Origin: Bradyrhizobium sp.
Lineage (GTDB): Bacteria > Pseudomonadota > Alphaproteobacteria > Rhizobiales > Xanthobacteraceae
Assembly: GCA_035308285.1 (NCBI GenBank)
Contig: DATGGY010000243.1
Span: 13-64,012 of the forward strand
Direction of reading: 5' to 3'
DNA length: 64,000 nt
Made by a program: the position numbers and the translations under genes. Shown piece after piece: positions 32,066 to 39,980 of the stretch (position 1 is the stretch's first letter; every line of letters begins with the position of its first letter). The notes beneath the pieces are model-generated. The model saw only the letters and a program-made list of their open reading frames with translations. It did no database searches and had not been told where the DNA came from.

Positions 32066-32932
32066 ATGGAATTGCCGATGCTTTGCCGCTACTGGATCGT
32101 AGGTGTAATTGTCTTGATCGCGCCAAGGATCGCTTGGTCCCAAGATCGCATCATGGCGCCGATCCCGGAAGGAAACGAAGCGAACATGCAAATTATCGGC
32201 GGCAAGCCAGCAACACGGGCCGATTGGCCGTCAACTTTGATGTTTGACGGCAACGTGGGGAGGTGCACCAGCACAGTCGTAGGACGATACGTGGTTTTGA
32301 CAGCCGGTCATTGTGTCGATGATAATTCATCGGCCAAGCTTTTGTGGGACAACCAACAGACGAAGGTCCTATGCCACGTGCACCCGGAATATCGTGGGCC
32401 GGCTTGCGAAAGCCAGTTCATTCCAAAAAAGCTAGTGGGCTGTACGGCAGATATAGCCATTTGCGTTTCCGCCAAACCCATTTCTTTTAACCCTGGGAGA
32501 TTTGAACGCGTACGGAGCTCGCCACCTCCGATAGCCGCCAATGATAAAATAAATTTGCTAGGTTTCGGTTGCACCGAGGCAGCTGGGAAGATTTCTGACG
32601 CGCTTCAGGTCGGTTTAGCCAAGGTCGACTGGCCGGCTCTACCAGGAGCTTCCAGCAATCCGGAGCTGACCATGAAGGAGTTCATCAAGACCGCTGGCGC
32701 AGCAGTTTGCAGTGGAGATAGCGGAGGCGCCAGCTATTCGATCGATCCAAAACCGGAAATGATAGCAGTTGCTTCCAGAGGAAACCTGAGCACCGAGTCG
32801 TACCTGGTCGATTTGCGAACCCCTCAAATCCAGAAGTTCTTGCGCAAGGCAAGTTCGCTTACCGACTTCAATCTACCTCCCGGCTCGATCAAAATTTGCG
32901 GGATCGATCCAGATGCAGAAAATTGCAGATAA
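32066..32932 (+). CDS. Secreted S1A (chymotrypsin-fold) serine protease zymogen
   Basis: Signal peptide, short propeptide, IIGG mature start, LTAGHC (His), DIA (Asp), CSGDSGG (Ser). Confidence 0.92.
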   Translation: MELPMLCRYWIVGVIVLIAPRIAWSQDRIMAPIPEGNEANMQIIGGKPATRADWPSTLMFDGNVGRCTSTVVGRYVVLTAGHCVDDNSSAKLLWDNQQTKVLCHVHPEYRGPACESQFIPKKLVGCTADIAICVSAKPISFNPGRFERVRSSPPPIAANDKINLLGFGCTEAAGKISDALQVGLAKVDWPALPGASSNPELTMKEFIKTAGAAVCSGDSGGASYSIDPKPEMIAVASRGNLSTESYLVDLRTPQIQKFLRKASSLTDFNLPPGSIKICGIDPDAENCR

Positions 32933-35213
32933 GTATATAAGGCGTCTCTCGAGAGTTTTCGTTGCCGCGATTGCATTGTGGTACGTTGCCGACAACGTGT
33001 GGGCTGCTGGATTAAAAATCGCGAATAGTCCTAGCGATAAAGTAGCCGTCGTGCCGCGCCCCGCGCCCACCGACGTCGAGCTGATCAAAAACTTAGCGGA
33101 ATTGGGGGCGTCACAGGCGGTTCTCTTCCCAAAAGGGGCGGACGTTGCTCAGTTCATCGCAGATAAGTGCGGCAGGCCTCTGGCCTCCTATAAAATTCAC
33201 CCGGCATATGAGAAGATCCTGCTCGAGAAAAACTCCGGGTTGCGTCACGAGGACCTACATTCGCTTCCGGTCGAGCGGGCACTGGTAATCCCTGCGTGCG
33301 CTAAATTCGCCGAAGGCGTCGCACTTCCTGCGCCAAAGGGCGTCGAGAAGCTCGCGAAGCAACTCACGATCGCGTTCGATGCCGGTGTGTTCGAGCGTGT
33401 TGTGAAGGATCCCGAGCTGAGAAAAGCGGTTCAAAAGCAGTACGCGTTGGCGTTAGAAGCAGGCGCGCAGAGCTTCGACGATTTTTCCAAAACCATTTGT
33501 TCCACTACGCCTGATGCATCGTGGCCCGGCGACGTGACGTCCTGCAAGAACGCGATCCAGATTGCTTTGGCAAATCCCCAAATCACGAAGCCAAATCAGG
33601 TAAAGGAAGTTGTGGTTCCAGCGTCGGCTCAAATCGGTTCCACTCTGGAGCCGTCAGTCACTGCACCGAAGGATACTCGTGTAGCATTGCGAACGAACCT
33701 TCCCGAAACCGAGGTTCGTGAAGCTTTTCCACAATTGCAAGACCTCGAAGGTCAACTGAAATTCGTCACTGAGGTGGAGGACGTTGAGAGCTTCGGCGAA
33801 AGTTGTGCGAAGGCAGTGGAGCGCAAGGGGGAACGGTGGCCTTACAGCGTGCGGGACTTTCTGCGGGTCGTTAGTCTTAACGGCAGCCTCAATCAGGACC
33901 CGCAGGGACGCCGAATACTGATAGTCGATACTGGTTTTGATTTCAGCGATCCTGCCCCGACGGATCCGAGACCGGTCGATCTAGTATTCGATCCCTATTA
34001 CTTCTACAGGCTGAACAAGGCCTCCGATTCAGACCCTCAAAAAGACGCCAACGAAGATGGCGTAAAGGGAAACGGCGGCTGGGCAGGAGTTAATCTGAGC
34101 GGCGTCGTGGGCAAGACTTCCAGCGCAACGTCAATTGTTTACAAACATCGCTCGCATGGCTTGTCCGTCGCGGCGCTTGCGTTAGGAGGGCGACCCGTCG
34201 AGGAGTTGCGGCGCTTTGCTCGTTTGCCGCTCAGGCTGGGCTTTGTGAGCTTAGTAGCCTTGGACACTATAAACCCGTCGTTGAACACCGGGCACGTGGA
34301 GAAGGCGCTGAAATTCGCTGCCGCCGCCGGCAATGAATTCCACGTAGTGAATCTTAGCCTTTCATCTAAAGATACCATACCCGGATGGGAATCCCTTGTG
34401 AGTACGAAAGGAGCGGGACGCGTGTTCGTGGTCGCCGCGGGTAACGACGGCAAACCGTTGAAGGGAGGGGACGCAGTCTGGCCAGCCGCCTTCGGAGGAG
34501 ATAACCTCCCGCCTGATAACCCATCGGGGGCGGTTGTCTCGGTTGGAGCGCACGATTCGGACGGAAATATTGCTCTCTTTTCGAATCGAGGACTGAAAGT
34601 TGACGTGCTCGCGCCGGGGTGCAGCGTCCCTTCTTACGAGTTGCGGCTTGACAGCGATAAACGCGCGATCGGAATCGTCCCGAAAAACGAAACGGGAACC
34701 TCATTCGCAGCCCCATTGGTTTCCTTTGTGTCGGCTCTTCTTATGAACAGCCCCAAACTCGCTAGCCGTCCCGGAATCGTAAAGGCGAGGATTCTGATTT
34801 CGTCCGACTATAACTGGGCGCTCAAAGACGACGTGTATTCTTCGGGTATTTTGAACATCGCGAAGGTGCTCAGCATCGACAATGACGTACTTGAGGTGTC
34901 TGACGCTGCTCCCGGAAAGTCAAGGACGGTTCGTTATGGTAACGTATTGAACAAGAAAGAGATCGGCAACATCGAGTGCCAGCCTGGTGGCGACGTCATA
35001 GCCTTCGAAACGGCGCACAAGATAGCGAGGAGCGACTCGAACAATCTTCTGGTGTTTACCAGCGACGACGACACGAAACCTGCGAAGCTGGCGCGGAAGT
35101 TTTGCGCACCGTCCATGCTCGATAAACTCGAGCTCCAGTTTCGCGACGCGGAAACTGGAGAAACGACAAGGCTCTCGGGAACGTCTGTATTGGACTATAT
35201 CTCAGCTTTGTAG
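32913..35213 (+). CDS. Secreted S8 subtilase with long N-terminal extension
   Basis: ILIVDTG (Asp), HGLSVA (His), VVAAGNDG (oxyanion Asn), GTSFAAPLVS (Ser); hydrophobic N-terminus; overlaps upstream protease by 20 nt. Confidence 0.9.
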   Translation: MQKIADKYIRRLSRVFVAAIALWYVADNVWAAGLKIANSPSDKVAVVPRPAPTDVELIKNLAELGASQAVLFPKGADVAQFIADKCGRPLASYKIHPAYEKILLEKNSGLRHEDLHSLPVERALVIPACAKFAEGVALPAPKGVEKLAKQLTIAFDAGVFERVVKDPELRKAVQKQYALALEAGAQSFDDFSKTICSTTPDASWPGDVTSCKNAIQIALANPQITKPNQVKEVVVPASAQIGSTLEPSVTAPKDTRVALRTNLPETEVREAFPQLQDLEGQLKFVTEVEDVESFGESCAKAVERKGERWPYSVRDFLRVVSLNGSLNQDPQGRRILIVDTGFDFSDPAPTDPRPVDLVFDPYYFYRLNKASDSDPQKDANEDGVKGNGGWAGVNLSGVVGKTSSATSIVYKHRSHGLSVAALALGGRPVEELRRFARLPLRLGFVSLVALDTINPSLNTGHVEKALKFAAAAGNEFHVVNLSLSSKDTIPGWESLVSTKGAGRVFVVAAGNDGKPLKGGDAVWPAAFGGDNLPPDNPSGAVVSVGAHDSDGNIALFSNRGLKVDVLAPGCSVPSYELRLDSDKRAIGIVPKNETGTSFAAPLVSFVSALLMNSPKLASRPGIVKARILISSDYNWALKDDVYSSGILNIAKVLSIDNDVLEVSDAAPGKSRTVRYGNVLNKKEIGNIECQPGGDVIAFETAHKIARSDSNNLLVFTSDDDTKPAKLARKFCAPSMLDKLELQFRDAETGETTRLSGTSVLDYISAL

Positions 35214-35216
35214 TTA

Positions 35217-36416
35217 CTACTGCCCGAGAGGGGTACGTAGCGCATCCAGGTGTTGGTTATTAAGCTGGCGTATCTGTTCCTCGCTTGGTGCCACTGTGCC
35301 AGGCGCCGCCGGTGCGCCCAGCGCGATGATGAGAGTGTGAGTGTTTGTGCGGGACGCCGAAGCTAAGGGACCCGCGCTTGCTGGCCCTTTGAGGCCTACC
35401 AAACTCCAGTTAGGAGTGACGTTCCCGCTACCCATGACGACGAATTGCACCTGATGACCTAGGGAATCAATCGGAGGATCGTGTGGTAAGGCTTCTATAG
35501 CGGAGGCAACGTCCTGCTTCGCCTTGACGGCGCGGTCATTCGCATCCTTCGTGTCTTGAAGCAGGGTATCCAATTCGGGATCCTTAGGATCAAGGGCTTT
35601 TGCCCGTTTGTAGGCGGCTTGCGCCTTCGAGAGCTCCTCCGTCGCCTTTGCTGTAGCGCGATTGACTAGAAAGGCTTCATCATAGGCGGTCTGGATGTCT
35701 TTCACGTCTGCCGAAGTTTTTACCGCCTTCGCATGGTCTTTTGCGAGCTTTGCATGATCTTCCACGACGCCTGTCCAGTACTCAGTCAGGGCTTTTTCGA
35801 GTTGGAGCAGTTGTTTGGGTGGTTTATCGGCAGAGACAGGAATGGGCGGAGCAGGTAGCGACTTGCCATTTGGAGGAGGGTGGTGGCCGACCCGAAGTTG
35901 TAGATTGTCAACCGGAGCCAAAGCCGAGAATATCCACTCGTGAAGGCCCAGCCTGCCGTACAAATCGGGAGCGTTTGGGGGATTGCAAACCAACCTATTC
36001 CTCTCTGCCCTGAGCTCCTTCATCGAGAGAGTGAAGCTAAGGGTTTCGTTCCGGATTGCGGTCGTGGCGACACCAGCGCCAGCGGCGACGCTGAACATCT
36101 GGCCAAACGTGCCGATTCCCGGGAGTACGGCCGGGCGCATCTGATGCATTATCCCCACGCTAGGAGTGAGCGATGCTTGATCGTTTGTGATGAGCGTCAG
36201 GTCGACTTTAGCCGTCCAGTCCCGCATCCATTGGTAGGGGCCTGTCGGATACGGAGGCAGAGGGTCGGGGATCGCGAACGCGAGTTCGCACTTTACACGC
36301 TGTACGATTTGGGAAATCGAAACCGAATCTTCCTCGAGATCAGGAACCGTCGTGCAACCGGTGCAGGGTATGGTGGCGACCACGAGCGCGGCCGCACTCT
36401 TTCGTAAACTGGACAC
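35217..36416 (-). CDS. Putative lipoprotein with two beta-hairpin segments flanking a coiled coil
   Basis: GTG at 36416 after GGGGGGAAAC (track start 36458 also possible); RKSAAALVVATIPCTGC resembles a lipoprotein signal; Ala/Lys/Asp-rich helical middle. Confidence 0.75.
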   Translation of the reverse strand: MSSLRKSAAALVVATIPCTGCTTVPDLEEDSVSISQIVQRVKCELAFAIPDPLPPYPTGPYQWMRDWTAKVDLTLITNDQASLTPSVGIMHQMRPAVLPGIGTFGQMFSVAAGAGVATTAIRNETLSFTLSMKELRAERNRLVCNPPNAPDLYGRLGLHEWIFSALAPVDNLQLRVGHHPPPNGKSLPAPPIPVSADKPPKQLLQLEKALTEYWTGVVEDHAKLAKDHAKAVKTSADVKDIQTAYDEAFLVNRATAKATEELSKAQAAYKRAKALDPKDPELDTLLQDTKDANDRAVKAKQDVASAIEALPHDPPIDSLGHQVQFVVMGSGNVTPNWSLVGLKGPASAGPLASASRTNTHTLIIALGAPAAPGTVAPSEEQIRQLNNQHLDALRTPLGQ

Positions 36417-36458
36417 GTTTCCCCCCGAACTCAAATCACATCCGAACGATGACGGCAC

Positions 36459-37961
36459 CTATTTTGTCGGCGGCTGTCTTGCTGCCGTGAGATAAAGGGA
36501 CGTCGTCCCCTGGTCTGCTATCGTCACCTTCACTTCGTATGTATCTTCGCGTTGAGGCGCGGTCAGAACCGCACGGTATATCAATCGATGATCCTTCAAG
36601 TCTTGCGGCGACGTGACCTCCGAAACTGCAATACGATCCATGTTCGCGTCACGATTCATTTCTACCACCGGCACTACAGCCCCGGCACTGGTTGGCTCTA
36701 CGAAGGACAACTCGATCTGAGCTGAGGCTTGGCCTCCTGGTCGGACCAAAGGCGGGTCGATTTTCGCGCGAACGCTGGACAGGTGCCGGATACCGTCTGG
36801 AGTGACAACTTCTCCCAGCGAATTCCCTCTGACGGGCGGAGCCACGCCGGGTATCAGCTCGCGAGCGAGGCGGCTTCGGACGTATTTATCTGCAAACACG
36901 GTGGCATGCTCGACAAAGGATGGATCCGTTCCTTCGAGGCTCATGAAGTTGTTGGCGGCACTCCAAATAGGCACCGTACCATCGCCTCTGCTGTTGGTGA
37001 ACGTCCACTGGTCCGGACTCGCGGCCAGACTGGGAGTGTAGAGCCACAGTTTCGTTTCAAGGATGTCGCCCGTAATTCGTATCTGTTCAGTGCCGCTCGG
37101 CTGGGTTGCAATCAGAGATCTCAAAGCGCGGGCATTCTGAAGGCCGGACTCGAGGACGGACCTACGCGCGCCTCCAGACAGATATTCGGCGGGGAGCCAT
37201 GTACCGCTCCAGTTGTTGGCGTCCAGGACATCGAACGTGGTGAAATTCTCCTTTGAACCGGCTCTGCAGCAGTTGGCGTAAGTGGGAAACAATTCATAGA
37301 TTGAGGGGAAGGACAAAGTGACATGCCTAATGCGAGTGATCCCGCCTGCAACTAAGTTCTCGAAAGGCCCCCACCCGCTCGAAATCGTTTCCAAGGAGTT
37401 CATGCTGCCAAGAAACGGTGTGCTCAGGTAGATCACCTTGTGAACTTTCGCAGTGCTCCTAGTTTTGGCCATCCAAATTCTGGTGACGAGACCCCCCATA
37501 CTGTGTGCAACGATGTCGAAGTTGCTCTCCCGCAAGGCTGCGGTTTTTTGGATGAACCTGTCCATCCGGTTCGCCGTCTCGAAATTGCTGAGGCGCCAAT
37601 CATACGGAAAAACAAAAAGGGTTTTCCCGTCCTCGTAACCGAGATCGTGTAGCAGATTTAGCAGATCGTCATATTGGTGGATGGTCCAAAAGGGACCCAA
37701 TACATTGATGCTAGAGATCAGTCCCGATGCCCTGAGCTCACCCCCATCAGAGCCAGGCGCAAGGTCGAGGCTACCGTAATTCGCGAATGAATTCCTATCA
37801 CCCCAGACCGTATTTCCAGCTTTGTCTGAGAGCTTCGATCCTAGAATTCCGGGAATGAAGAGAAGAGGACGTTGGGGCCCGTCGGCACGAGAGGGCGATG
37901 CGTACCCGATGGATAGTAGGCCGCAAAGTACAGAGAAAGAAACCAGACGAAGTATTCTCAT
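36459..37961 (-). CDS. Secreted LCAT/PGAP1-like alpha/beta hydrolase (lipase/acyltransferase) with C-terminal beta-rich domain
   Basis: Signal peptide, FIPGILGSKL, FPYDWR, VAHSMGG nucleophile elbow, STPFLGS, GDGTVP, VEH. Confidence 0.88.
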   Translation of the reverse strand: MRILRLVSFSVLCGLLSIGYASPSRADGPQRPLLFIPGILGSKLSDKAGNTVWGDRNSFANYGSLDLAPGSDGGELRASGLISSINVLGPFWTIHQYDDLLNLLHDLGYEDGKTLFVFPYDWRLSNFETANRMDRFIQKTAALRESNFDIVAHSMGGLVTRIWMAKTRSTAKVHKVIYLSTPFLGSMNSLETISSGWGPFENLVAGGITRIRHVTLSFPSIYELFPTYANCCRAGSKENFTTFDVLDANNWSGTWLPAEYLSGGARRSVLESGLQNARALRSLIATQPSGTEQIRITGDILETKLWLYTPSLAASPDQWTFTNSRGDGTVPIWSAANNFMSLEGTDPSFVEHATVFADKYVRSRLARELIPGVAPPVRGNSLGEVVTPDGIRHLSSVRAKIDPPLVRPGGQASAQIELSFVEPTSAGAVVPVVEMNRDANMDRIAVSEVTSPQDLKDHRLIYRAVLTAPQREDTYEVKVTIADQGTTSLYLTAARQPPTK

Positions 37962-38265
37962 ATTTCTAAATCCGGCAAAAATCTCTACGTGTAACTCGTA
38001 ACGCAACTACTTCCAGCATACTGCACGGACAGACGGTTGGAAAGGGTCTTTCGCAACCCGATGGCAGTCGGCCATTGGCCAAAATATGTCATAACGTCTC
38101 GTTTGCGAATTGCGACCGAAAAGGAAATTACGAGAACGGAGTCGGTTGGCAGATCGATAAGATTTTCGCGCGAAAGCCCCCGAGGTGTAAGCCGCCGTTT
38201 TTTGCGGATTTAGTCGGTTGAGATATCTTCGCCGGACCGAACAGACAAATAGGGTGAGGTTGACC

Positions 38266-38654
38266 ATGCGTTTCTGGATTTGGTTCGTTTTCGGAGTCTG
38301 GATCGCGGCAATTTCGAATCCGGCGCAAGCCAATTGCGTCCGCTAGCTGTAGTGAGTACCGAACGCTCCATTTTTCTGCCCGACGTCCCAACGATGGCCG
38401 AGGCCGGCTATCCTTCGGTCACAGCCAATTTGTGGTACGGCCTTTCCGGTCCCGCGAAGCTGCCATCGGGCATAGCGGCTCGGCTTGAAGGTGCTTCGCA
38501 AGAAATTGCGACAATGCCCGATTTTCAAGAAGCGTTGAAGCAAGTTGGCCTCCTTTCTACACCGATGTCCGCACAAGCATATTTCCAGTTCATTCTGGAC
38601 GAGAACGATAAGTACCAAAAAATTGCAGGAGCGGCCAACATAACAGTCGAATAA
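38266..38654 (+). pseudogene. Internally deleted, frameshifted copy of the Bug gene
   Basis: Matches 30685-30750 then jumps to 31328 (577 bp missing); the ATG frame stops after 26 codons. Confidence 0.92.
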
Positions 38655-38887
38655 CATCGTCGGAGCGGCGGGTTGTCGGAACTGTGGCTCCGTTTCTGTC
38701 GTAAGTCTGAGCCACGTCGAATCTGGCCCTGCCCTGGCCGAAAAGCCTTTTCAATTGGCGTTAATCGCCTAAATCCCGGGGCAATTCAGTCCCGAAATCC
38801 TTGACTTTGGGAGGATCGAGGCTAGGTTGCGCGGCGAATGCGCCCCCTGATGGGCCGGCGCCAGATTCCAGACATCGAGGGTTGCAC

Positions 38888-39055
38888 ATGGCCAAGGCGG
38901 TCACCATCAAGGTCAAGCTCGTTTCCTCCGCCGACACCGGCTTCTATTACGTCGCCAAGAAGAACTCGCGCACCATGACCGACAAACTCGTCAAGAAGAA
39001 GTATGACCCGGTCGCGCGCAAGCACGTCGAATTCCGCGAGTCCAAGATCAAGTAG
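38888..39055 (+). CDS. rpmG: 50S ribosomal protein L33
   Basis: [21 protein letters not shown]...[19 protein letters not shown]. Confidence 0.98.
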   Translation: MAKAVTIKVKLVSSADTGFYYVAKKNSRTMTDKLVKKKYDPVARKHVEFRESKIK

Positions 39056-39081
39056 GCTCGCATTCGAACTCGGACGGATCT

Positions 39082-39110
39082 TAACGGGGCCATCGGCCCC
39101 GTTTTTATTT
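39082..39110 (+). terminator. Intrinsic terminator of rpmG
   Basis: AACGGGGCC-atc-GGCCCCGTT followed by TTTATTT. Confidence 0.85.
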
Positions 39111-39181
39111 GTTGTGACGCTTGGCGCTAAACCGCGCTCACCAAAGACAGTCCGTGAATGAGCATTTCAACCAAACTTCCC

Positions 39182-39330
39182 CGTCTTTGCGAGCCAACCG
39201 TCGGCCCGAAGGGGCACCCAATGGCAGGCTCCGCGAAGCAAACCATTGGTACGGCGCAAAGAAAGAATGGATTGCTTCGTCGCAAGGGCTCCCTTGCGCA
39301 AACGCTTTGCGGTTGTCGCAGGCAATGACG
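39182..39330. repeat. REP element, same family as 47848-47966 in opposite orientation
   Basis: CGTC(T)TTGCGAGCCAAC...CAGGCTCCGCGAAGCAA...TGGATTGCTTCGTCGC...GCAATGACG aligns with the reverse complement of 47848-47966. Confidence 0.85.
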
Positions 39331-39369
39331 ACGGACATAACTCTAGCTTCCGATTTTCCGAAATTTCGC

Positions 39370-39399
39370 TTGACGCCGGGGTAGAAGCAGAATTATAGC
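39370..39399 (+). promoter_or_regulatory. Sigma70-like promoter in front of the structured element
   Basis: TTGACG (39370-39375), 18 nt spacer, TATAGC (39394-39399). Confidence 0.5.
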
Positions 39400-39404
39400 G
39401 ATAC

Positions 39405-39790
39405 GGTCCTGTCCCACAGAGGGGCGGCTCGCGAACGTCACGGACGCGGGGCGGGATGCGGTGGACGCTTTGGCGCTTCTGACGAGGGCGCTTAATGCGG
39501 ACGGCGAAGTCGTGTGGTCCTGACGCCCCGACGCTGGCGTCAAGTTTGCGGTGATGATCCGCAAGCGACGGGGGCAAGAAAGCCCGGTCCCCGGGGAGAG
39601 CGCGATATAAGCCGTAAAACCATTGCGTAGGGAATGCCGGGTGTTTCCGGTGTGACCGTGGTGACTACACTCGTATGCTCACTTTCATTTGCATGCGAGG
39701 CTGCGGGCGCATCGCGCGCCCGGCATTCCCTGCGCCCTCTGAATCGAGGGAGCGACGCTTCCGGCATAACTCGCACGAAAACCCGCGGCG
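39405..39790 (+). ncRNA. Candidate large structured ncRNA / dispersed repeat
   Basis: Several nested helices, including 39627-39641 with 39719-39733 (15 bp); no credible ORF; promoter-like signal upstream. Confidence 0.55.
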
Positions 39791-39815
39791 AGATCGCGGA
39801 GTTGTGTCCCTCAAT

Positions 39816-39920
39816 CGTCATGCCCCGCTTCAAGCGGGGCATCCAGTACGCCGTGATTTCTCGTATAGGCACGGAGGCGTCTCTGGAATACTGGATCGCC
39901 CGGTCAAGCCGGACGACGAC
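39816..39920. repeat. REP-type palindrome (second family)
   Basis: GTCATGCCCCGCTTCAAGCGGGGCATCCAGTA...TACTGGATCGCCCGGTCAAGCCGGACGACGAC. Confidence 0.8.
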
Positions 39921-39980
39921 ACCGGAGTAGGCTGTTTGAAATTTGAAGCCGTAGCAACCGTCAAGAGCCAAGCGCCAGGT

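Larger units (their letters stand above)
30645..38721. mobile_element. Accessory island bounded by direct repeats of the Bug gene (30645-31709 and 38226-38721)
   Basis: Repeats share upstream, coding and downstream sequence; interior GC is lower (hand counts 30/60 at 32461, 23/60 at 37921, versus 40/60 in sampled core lines); no integrase or transposase. Confidence 0.75.

Noticed and set aside
39167-39971. ORFs 39167-39577, 39540-39971 and 39634-39930
   Set aside because: They lie across REPs and the structured element, with no RBS or protein-like composition.
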